Shown here one piece after another: positions 24,747 through 51,710 of a DNA stretch of 64,000 nt. The DNA lies in assembly GCA_051362555.1 (NCBI GenBank), contig CM120640.1, forward strand, positions 37,901,967-37,965,966, read 5' to 3'. The notes beneath the pieces are model-generated. The model saw only the letters and a program-made list of their open reading frames with translations. It ran no database searches and had not been told where the DNA came from. The stretch comes from Lingula anatina. Its lineage: Eukaryota; Animalia; Brachiopoda. A program made the translations under genes and the position numbers. Every line of letters begins with the position of its first letter. Position 1 is the first letter of the stretch.

Positions 24747-26059
24747 ATGGTATACAACTATACCAAACCCAGAGGGCCTATTGCTGCCATGTACAGCAGC
24801 CCTGGACCTTGCTATGCTTTACCAGGACTTGTAGGCCAACCAAATCATGATATCAGAAGCGTTCATTCAAAGGGTCCTGCTTATATCTTTGGGATCAAGC
24901 ATGGTAAAACCAAAGATGATTGCAGCCCTGGGCCCTGCCATTTACCCACTCACAAGATCTATCGTGATGGCGCAGATGGGACACCCCATTACTCCTTGTA
25001 CAGCCGCCCACAAGATGTGAAGTCCTTCAGAACCCCAGGCCCAGGCGCTTACTCCCCAGAAGCTGCTGGCCCGAGTACCCATTTCCACCACCCTCAATAC
25101 AGCTTTGGTTCACGCCACAGAAACAGGAGGACTGACAGCATCCCTGCACCTAACAACTACACCCTGCCAACAATGACTGGCAAGACACACCAGAGTGGCA
25201 AACGTCAAGCTCCATGCTACTCTCTGACTGGACGCAGTAAAACAGGAAGCTTCCATGAGGATTTACAGAAGGTGAGTTGCAATTTTATCTGTTTACCAAG
25301 TTTTCTGGGAGTTAATGAAAGCAGGTATAAAAAAATAATTTGATGAGAATGGGTTCAATCTTAAGGTTAAACTTCATAATATTTTGCCTAGGTTATTTGT
25401 CATTTAGTATAATATGTTAATCATTAGAAAGTATGTTTTACATAAAAAGAAATTTATTGTTTATTTCTGCACATTTTCAGACCCCCGGACCAGGAACATA
25501 TAACACCACTGCACCATCAGTGAACAAGGAAAGGGCCCCACTTTACAGTATGACCAGCAGAAATGTTATGCCAGGGGACAGCACACAAAAGCCAGGACCA
25601 GGCGCTCATTCTCCAGAGAAGGTAAGATTCAGTGCTATTGTTAGCTGCTAAATGTGAGTGAGGAGAGGGTTAATCACTGACCAACCAAATTAGTTAATGT
25701 TGGTCAAATTTTATTCCACCAATTATTGATGTGTTTGTTAAAGGCTTGAATCTGAGACCCATTCAAATGTGCCGTCCTGACCACTGTTAGGCCTTTTGGT
25801 CATTAATAGATAAACTGGTTTTAATCAAGTTTACAAAAACTTTTTTTGGGGAAAAATGACGCAAAAGCTATGGGGCACTTGTTCTAACTTTAAAGAGACT
25901 TTATTTCCTCTTTAATAAAGTGAAGTTTACGAGTTTCTTATGATATATATTTTTTATATTTTTCAGTTCTTTCCACACAAGAGAACAAATCCCAAGTTTT
26001 CATTTGGAATCCGTCACTCAGAGTACATTGCCCCACTCATTGTTGACCCTGTGGAATGA
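24747..26059 (+). CDS. ODF3: Outer dense fiber protein 3 / CIMAP1-like, copy 2, 252 aa
   Basis: Coding exons 24747-25271, 25481-25621, 25967-26059 (acceptor at 24712). Same exon sizes as copy 1 (525/141/93 nt); ends FSFGIRHSEYIAPLIVDPVE*. Confidence 0.93.
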
Positions 26060-29000
26060 TCTGATGGACACATGCAAAAACTTGTGGATCTTTTTTTGAA
26101 CAAGAGTATTATATAAAACAATTATATCCGTCATCGACAACTTTAATGCGCCATTCATCATACTGAGAGATCATTTGTCAATGGTCAGTGAAGTACCAGT
26201 AAAATGATCATGTTTCCGTCCAAGACATGCACTTGTTGAGATTATAATCTTGTCAAGAAAGTTTTCCATGTAAAATTTAACTTTTTTTTTATAAAGATTT
26301 GTGTAATTATTTGTAAAATTGTTTAAAAGTCAATAAGGTGTAAATTTTTTCCCGATGCTTGGGGATTGCCACTACACAATATCAAATATTGAGTAGATAA
26401 AGGAGTATCTACGGAAGAAAAGCAGATGGACTGGGGCACCGAGTACCACATTGTTGCAGTTTTGAGATTTGCCTAGCAACTTGCATTTTGCCAGGAAAAG
26501 GCAAACATTACTCTTTCGATTAATTATTTGCAACAATGTTCTTAAAAGACTCGAGGAAATGTTGGTTAAAATGGCACCCTAAGATGGGAGAATTGGATTT
26601 GCTCATTGATAATATGTATATAACTCCCTCTTTGTGCTTTAAAATTGTATTCTTTTATACGTAGTATTGTGTTCATACAGTGAAGTTGTAGAATTAAAAT
26701 ATTGTGTAGTAATTCATTCATTTACCATCATTTTAATGTAATAAAAGACATTGCATATCAAGACATCTAGAATATCAATAAAATTAAGTGAATAAAATAT
26801 TTTCTAATTTACATCATCAGTGTTGTTTTTGAACATATTGTGGACAGTAAAGGAATTGTAAAATTCAATGTAAATAGTTTCCGAAGACTGGAACATTATG
26901 CCAAGTTTAGATAAAGAAAGCTTCGATCTATATACAACCTGTACAAAACCATTCTCAATTAATAATTTCTTTTGTAAGTCTGATGGACCAAAATATTTAA
27001 GCATTCATTTTTCTTCTTTCAGTCTCAAGTGTATTTTGAAATGTAGGCATGCATGCTTGCACAAAAAATAAATAAATAATCATTAATTTTAAAATGAAAA
27101 AATGGCACTGTTAACAATGCTTTTAACTTTAAAGTTAAAAAAAAACTCAAAAAGTTATCTACATAATGTCGATTGTGCACTAATATTGTGCAAATAAAAG
27201 AGTTTTTCCTTTTTAAGAGGTGGGTAGGGGTGGGGCAGTTTCATTTTTTATTTAAAGTTCAGTAAAAAATGTGCCTTTTTTTATGCCAACAGCAACATTG
27301 CAATACCGGGAAAATATGCAAAGGGTCAATTAAAGAAACATTCGTCAGGTCCATATTTGGCAACAAATTTTAATCTTGCAGGTGGCACCTGCAAAGTTGA
27401 AAAATTAAAATCAGTTTTACATTTAGATATGCTATAACAAAACATGTTTAAAATCACAATAAATATATGGATTAACCAAATAATAATGTCAAGATAAAAC
27501 ATTTGATAAATTTGTCTGATTAGGCCCATTTGAACTTGACCTGTACTGCATTCCTAAGGATAAATCAAGCAAGTTTTAAGTAATGCAATGATACAGATAC
27601 ATGGTTGCTATTGTTAAAGTTATCTGATTATGTTGATATGACTTGCACCTTCAATATATAAAAGGCTGTAATTCATTTAAAGTTAAATAAAAAGCGTTTT
27701 TCAGTAAATTCGACAAAAAAATTACAAAAAAATATGATAATCATAACTTTTGTAAATATTTTTCCAAACATGCTGATTTTTAGATTGGCCTGTTTTGTGA
27801 ACACTCGGAACTACCAGGTTTTAAAATATAAACTAAACCATAAACATGATCTGGTAGTACTGGTGCAATAACGAGAGATATACATGAAAAATCCTTAAAA
27901 AATTGGGGCCACTTTCGTATAAATTATTTTAAGAAAGCTGATATTCAGTTAAATCTGCATCAGACACCACTTCTAGAAGACACTGACAGACACAGGTGAA
28001 TGTTATATGTAGTCATACATGTGACTGTACATAATGACGCTAAAGATGAAATTGTATAAAAAATATTCCCAGGTGGCTCTTACAGCACTGCACATCTAAA
28101 CTGCATTGCTAATGTTGCTAATTTATAAAAACCTGCCAAATGATACTGGATCCAATAAATCTATCATAATAATGGCAACTTGAGAATTTATATAATATGA
28201 CACACAAATTGGTTACAAGTATTCACTTATAAAGTCTGTACAATTTGGGTATGTGCGTATTTTCAATGCTATCATAATTACAATAATCATCATGTGGGAA
28301 TTTGTAAGACTGACTGCTCATTTTTAATATACATTTAACATAAAGCACTAACATTTTGCTATGATATGCTATTTTGCAACTATTTTTCCTACCTATCATG
28401 TATCACCATACAAAAAGCATCAATGAAAAGATACAAATTGTATCAAATAAAATAAAAACAAATTGACATCTTAACAATCAACACAAAGAACATAACCCCC
28501 CCCCCAAAAAAAAAAAAAAAAAAAAAAAAAATTACAAAAAATTCCCAGTGATGTTAGCATCAAATGCAAACAAACAAACAAACAAACAAACAAACAAACA
28601 AACAAAAAAGTAAACAGTACCTGTACTGCTGAAGGAATGTTTGAAATTCAAAATATTTACTCATAAATATTTATGACCTCTGGTCTTTTCTATTAAAGAG
28701 AAAAGTATATTACAAGTGAGAGATCATTGCTACAATTAATGACCTAAAATGACAGTGGCTGACATGTCTAAATGATCAACTTCACAACATTTTTTATGCA
28801 ATGCAAATGGCACATATACAGAATATACACATCTAATGCCTTACCTGATAATCTATGAACAAATTTAAAAAGATCTTCAATACTTCGTCAGCTCAAGAAT
28901 ACTTTTCAGAATAAGTCTAATAAATTACACTTTTTTTATTATTTTTAACCATAATCATGTCTTGCAATAGTTACCTAAGGCTAAATGCTTTTCTTTTTCT

Positions 29001-29380
29001 TGAATTCCTCTCTTGAATTCTAACAGTCAGCATTTGCATGCAACATTCCTTTTTTGCACTGGTGTAAATGACATTTATAATTATCATGTTAATGGGTAAT
29101 CCAAATATACTTAATTCAATACATTTAAGTGCCAACTGAAAGAAACAATGCCAATATAGTATACTTGTTTGCATTCAAACACTATTAACTCATACCTGCA
29201 TCTGCAGTAAATATGACACAAGTGAATATTCTAAAACACACACAAAATATGTCTCATCCATCAAAACATCTCTCATGCTTCTTAAAATAAATTAGTGTTC
29301 AGCACAGAAAAATAAATAATTCTTTTGTTAAAAATAATCATTGTCAAAATTCAGAAGAGAATCCATCTGCTGGATTTCCT

Positions 29381-45565
<16,185 letters not shown>

Positions 45566-46364
45566 TATTGTGTTGCCGCTATGTCACACCGCTTAACTCA
45601 GACACAACAGGAGCACTTCAAATGTGAAGGGAAATCCCGGGATTGTACGCATTATATGGACGAGTCTACCTTGCGGGGGACGCATTTCTCATCTCCTGTT
45701 TGCATTCACTCGTAAATTAGTCGATTTTAAGTGCCGGAAAAAAGGCATATCACCTGTCAGAAAAACAATCACTGAAAAATCACAGGTAAAGCATTAAAAA
45801 AATGACAATACCTGGGCTGCAGATGTTTGTAATGACTCACGGGTGTCAAGTTACCATCATTCCTACGGGATGGGCTCTTCCGATGATGAATTTAGCGCCA
45901 TCTTTCTGTTTGCTTCAACACGTACACGAAAGTACTTGTAAACATGGCCACGTGCGTCGTCGATCGCTTGCTTTACAATCTGAACAACAGCTCGAATGTA
46001 GAAGAGTGAAACAATTATTTTATGTCTTATGGTATTTCATAAGTTCAACCCCCTTATTCTCCAAATCGTAATCAAAAGCTAGCGAACATCACTATCGTTA
46101 GTCGATATGTATAAGTTTCGATTTTCGATTGATAAATGACTCATGCCGGTAAGTCAAACGCAGTGTAATGACATCAGCATGGACATGTAGTTGAGAATGA
46201 CGTTTGCACTGACACGAAAGTATATGTGGTAGTATGACAGTTTCCAGTCATTTGATTGTTTGCAAAAGCAGCTCACGTATTAGTGCCTATTTAGACCATT
46301 ATTTTACGTTAGGAGAAGTAGCTAGAGGTCTAAGATCAAAGACGTCCCGCTTAAAAATCAAGTG

Positions 46365-49300
46365 ATGGCGACGAATGAAGGAAGTACAAATGACTTTCAA
46401 GTCCAGTACAAACTTTGTGATTACAATCCAAAAATGGTACAAGCCTGGCAGGAGCTCTTCAAAGATCACGCAGACAGGATACAGGTAGAATATTTTTCAC
46501 ATTTTCCACCAAAATGCAGTCTGTCTAATTAATGAAACTTTTGAAAGCATACAATTATCTGTTAGTGTATATATACCTTTTGTTTTGTCAAGGCAGTAGA
46601 TACTTTTTAAAAAATCAAGTTATATAATTCCATCCTTATTGGTGTGAATGTTAGCAATTAAGCAGGAGAAATGATTGAGTTTTGTTTGTGTGAAGGTTAA
46701 TCAGAGAACTAGCAGAGAAAGGACTTAAAGATCCGAGATATGGTTGACCAAACTTCGTATGTAGACACGTCTTAAATCTTAATTAATTTATTCATCTATC
46801 AGTATGAGAGGTAAATGTTGTCATACCACCACATTCAATATCTTGGGTATATAAGAAATTTTATATTTATTTTATTATTTTCAGATACACAACGGGCATA
46901 TATTTGGGAAAGATGCTCCATCTGCTGATGCTATTGTAAGTTACTGTTGCTTTTGTAGTCCATTTTGATCTGGAGAAATTATATAATTCTATTTATGTGC
47001 ACTTAATTGGATTTTTAAAACTTTTACACAATGTCAAAGGCAGAGTGGACAATATTTGCAATTTTTTTCTAGGTCTCTCCAGCTAACAGTTTTGGTTTTA
47101 TGGATGGAGGGATTGATATGGTCTATACAAGACACTTTGGTTGGCAAATGTGAGTCAAATTATATTACATTACACCAAGTATATCTTCTGCTATTTCTTT
47201 TCATATTAACTTTACTTTTGATTCTCCTTTCACTGTTTACATTATTATTTTTTTTATCTTTTCCTGGTTTCATATTTCTTATATCACTTTTTTATTATCA
47301 TTTTCCAAGTTCTGATGTCAACTTTGAAATGGGCATCCTGTAAGGCCGCATTCTCAATGAATTGAGCCAGGCTTAACAAATCCTGAGAACTAAAAATGGC
47401 GAACATACATGAAAGAAAAACCGCCTAATCTTTTAATAGTCTCTCCGCCTCTCACACGCCTCCCCACACGTCGTCCCTGCGGGGTACAGTAATTAAATCT
47501 CGGCTCCGTTCGCTATGCGGAAGCTACCTGAGAAATATTAACTGTGCATGCTCATCAGTTAAACTTGTGGTGAAGAAAGCATGGCGGCTGAAGGCGATCG
47601 AAGGAAAAAAGCTCTTCTGTTCTATTATCTTTCAAAACAGAGACGAGAAAGGAATGAATTGGCCCGTAGAGCAGCAATGAATCGACTATCTACGGAGATA
47701 ATATCACCAGAGATATTCACGGAGATATTCATGTTCGGAGCCAAGATTTAATTACTGTACCCCGCAGGGACGACGTGTGGGGAGGCGTGTGAGAGGCCGA
47801 GAGACTATTAAAAGATTAGGCAGTTTTTCTTTCATGTACGTCCACCATTTTTAGTAATCAGGATTTGTAAAGCCTGGCTCAATTCGTTGAGAATGCGGTC
47901 TAAGCCAAAGTTTATTTTGACTATAATGGAAGCAATATATAACAATTGTACACATAAACACTGAAATCTTATAAACAAATAATGCTATGAAGGAAGTTTT
48001 TTATGGTCTCTAGATGAATGATAATTATAAATAGAGGTAAATTTATTCTTAACTTAGAGATTAAATAACATTAGTTAAACACACCATGTTTTGGTCTCTG
48101 CCTGTGGACCTTGAATTCATGATTTGAGTGATGTTATTTAGTCTTTAAGTTAAGAATAATTCTGTTTTATCAAACAAATAATGGTTACCTGCATGTGACT
48201 GAAAAAGTGGGTGTGTCACAGCAGTCTAAAAATCCACTGGTCTAAAAATATGGTAATGAGTTTTTTTTTAAATTCATTTTCACTTCAGTGTCAGAGCTCA
48301 TATCAAATTCACTTCTGTTATAAGTATCCCTTTGCAACTCACTGGAATTTGCAGAGGCTTACTGGTAGCGAAGGTGGGTCTTCTGTAAATGTTTTTTTAA
48401 AACTATTGGCTTCAGATTTGACTGGTGTTGCATACCTGCTGTTCGAGGATCTCCAAAAAGGATATTTCAATATTTTCAATTTTTTCCAGGCAAGAGCGCC
48501 TCCAGGAAGTGATAAGGAAAGAGTACAATGGTGAAGTGCTTGTGGTAGGTTGTGGTTAATAAAGTAAAATGGTTTCGAAAATTATCTTTCCTAGATATTG
48601 CTTAAGTACTTCTGCAGAAGTGGCAAGCTTTCAAAGACTTTATATTGCAGATACAAATGCACTACATTTCGCATAAAGTGATTTATAAAAGATGGGAGTA
48701 TTTTTTAAAGGATTTTTCCCTCTTCAGGGACAAGCAGCCATAATCGAAACTTTTGAAGGTGGAGTCAAAGAGGGTTCACTGGATTGGTCCAAGTACAATG
48801 GTGGCCAGCCAATCAAGTTTCTCATCTCAGCACCCACCATGAGAGTCCCATTAGAAGTGGCAGACACTGTCAATGCTTATCTGGCGTTTCGGGCTGTTAT
48901 TCTTGCTGGTAAGTCAGCTAGTTTTGCTTATGGATAATTAAGAAGAACAGTTGAAGAAAACTGGTTTTGATTTTCATAACCACTTTCCTAAATTATAGTA
49001 CTGCCATGTAGGGGAAGAACCAAAATTGAGTTTTTCATGTTTTAGCAACGTTGCAGTATGACACACCCACAGTTGACTGCAGAACATACAACTAACACAA
49101 TCAGCATTGATCATTGCATTGCTGGCATAATTCATTAGATATTTTAGATTCTTTGTGACAGTGGGTCAATTCTGAGGCCTTACATTGACCTTTGTTCCGT
49201 AAAATATACTTTTAGTCAAAAAGCACAATGCAGTGCCAGCCAATGAGCCAATAAGAAGCGTCTTGTGTCCTGGTCTGGGGACTGCTGTTGGAAGGATGCC

Positions 49301-50067
49301 TCCTGAACGCTGTGCATTTCAAGTGAGGCAAAAAAAAATTCTCAAAAATACATTGATTTTTAGAGGCACTCCTTTGAATTGATTTTAAATTAGAGTTGGT
49401 TCTTATGATTTTGTTCTTTTAACTATAAGTCCATAATAGCAATGCAGGGGCGGATTTAGGCCATCTTCTGGGTCTTCCAGAAGACAGTCAGATTTTCAAG
49501 TTTACATTGACGGGTGTCTAATTTTTTCTGTTGGAAGGAGGATGAATCAACAAAGATAATCAGTAAATAGCTATTTAAAATTTGAAATCCTTTCAGATAC
49601 ATGTAGTCTTTCAAGAGGAGCCTTTTAAAACACTTGTTGCGTATTGTGCAAAATATTTATTTCAGATGTGTAGGGCTTTTGAAGTTTATGAACTAGGTAT
49701 GCACAAAAATGTTTTGAACCCCACCCACCTGGAGTATCCCTGTGCAGACCATGAGACTATGACACAAGTAGGTAGATCACATTTATATTTAAGGTGGATA
49801 AATAGCGAACCAAGAATTTATTCAAAAAAATAATAATAAATAAATTGTTAATCAAGAGTAAGCCATCTAGTTGAACTTAGAGGAATCTATGTGAAATATC
49901 TTTTAGGTAATGAATGAATTACCAGTTGTGGATAACCGAATGTTTTGGAATGATTTTAACATGAAGTGGACTTATTGTGTAGCAACTATGGTCCAGTATG
50001 TGACATACTTAAAGGATACTTTACCCTTCATTTTATTACTTTTCTCTATTCTTTTCAGTATGTTTGA
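46365..50067 (+). CDS. Stand-alone macrodomain protein (Appr-1''-p processing / YMR087W-like class), about 233 aa
   Basis: Exons 46365-46484, 46885-46935, 47073-47149, 48490-48544, 48728-48908, 49216-49322, 49666-49767, 50059-50067 (alternative last exon 50163-50180). Motifs ADAIVSPANSFGFMDGGID, LISAPTMRVP, NAYLAFRA, VLCPGLGTAVGRM. Confidence 0.88.
47344..47900. mobile_element. PIF/Harbinger-type non-autonomous element (Tourist-like MITE)
   Basis: TAA|GGCCGCATTCTCAA ... TTGAGAATGCGGTC|TAA. Imperfect terminal inverted repeats of about 165 bp (47344-47508 / 47736-47900) and a 3-bp TAA TSD; in intron 3 of the macrodomain gene. Confidence 0.88.
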
Positions 50068-51710
50068 AAAGCTGACAAATAAACCAGGGCCTATATTTAT
50101 AGAATACATTTGACAGGCAGTGAAGCTACAGCAATGTTCTGCCCATGTGATAATTCTTTCAGCTACAAAAGAAACTTTAAACCTAATGGCAAGCAAAATG
50201 AAGAAATTGCCAAACAAACTGGATTGACTATTTTTATTTATACCTCACATTTTTGTTTGAACATCTTAATATGTACAGATCTTACATAATTTATTAATTT
50301 CATTTGTAATGAATAATGTTATATAATGTCATAAAAGAAACAGAATGAAGAGTGAAGCGAGTAGATATTTTTACATTTTTTTTCTGTCTCATCATGTATT
50401 GTGATAATGTAACTCAATTTTCTTCAGCTTCTTAATATTTCACGAGTCTCAGAATGTTACAGCAGTACGAGTAATGACAAATCAACTACCACAACTGGAC
50501 TATGGGTATAAAGTGTACACTTTAAATAAATACTTCATATTCAATTACAAGTGAAGTTTCACTTTTTTCCCCTTTAGGAAAAAAAATCACAAAATAGAAC
50601 AGTTATGTTAATCATGTGTGTGTAATATATATATATATATATATCACTTTGACATTTTTAAATTCACTATCCTATTATCTTTTTGCCAAATATGCTGAAC
50701 AAGATTATTTACAATCAAGTCTGAAGAATAAATTTACAGTGAAGCAGTGTTATGTGAAACAGATTCCACAAACAACATTTACATGTGTCAGACAGGTGCT
50801 TTTACTGGTCACTTTTCTTCATGCTGCCCAATAAACTTAATTCCACATCTGTGCTCAGAATGCTCTTTTTCCAACAAAACAAGTTAACAAATACACATTG
50901 ACATGACAACTACTTTAGGAAACACTGACAACACTTTTTTTTTACTGAACCTGTGAAGACAACTTTGCAACAAAATGCATGGCCATTTTTTGGTCTATGT
51001 TCAAGGATGCATTTGGCTCGAGTCTGCAGCCAGCAGCCTGTCATAGCCAGAGCACTGCTCTCCCAGGCTTCATAATGAAGTGCAGACAATTATGCTGAGA
51101 TAATACAAATTGTACACTGAACTAAAACAAGTTGTTGAAAGAAGATACACAGAATGGCATGCAGAGTTCAACATACCTGTTCAAGGTTATTTGCACTTAG
51201 GGCTGTCAAACAGCAATCGTTTTAAGCTAGAAATTATATTCTTTGTTAGGCTGACATGACGATGGCACTCGAGTCAGTGACTAGTTCCTGACAGTTTCTA
51301 CCGTCAGATCTCATTTCTCCCAGAAACCACAATATGTCTTCTTTTGAGCAGATAAAATACTGTAAAAACGAAGCTAACAAGCTAAACACATCACCTGTAA
51401 TCAAAACACTGAGGCATGGAGACAAATATCATAGGGGACACGGTGTGGATCAGCAGCTCTATGAAGCATTTGTATTTGCAGTAATCAACAGCTGACAATG
51501 CCACGATAATTTGGTATTCAACCACCACAGCTCAACTACCTGCAATGTCCACAGACAGATCTGAGATATCACTTAATTAAACTGGCAACAAGGGAGCAGA
51601 GCCTCCCAATTTGTATAGCAGTGAGCAAATACATTCTACATAAAACACAAATACTGCTGTAGACTTGACTCTTGGAATAAATTGTGTGACGGGTGTCAAT
51701 TTGTGCACTG

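Noticed and set aside
25740-25800. tRNA/SINE-like A- and B-box on the minus strand
   Set aside because: Too degenerate; no cloverleaf can be drawn.
50230-50535. Overlapping 3'UTRs of the macrodomain and REPS genes
   Set aside because: Plausible from AATAAA positions on both strands, but such hexamers are frequent in this AT-rich DNA; needs 3'-end data.
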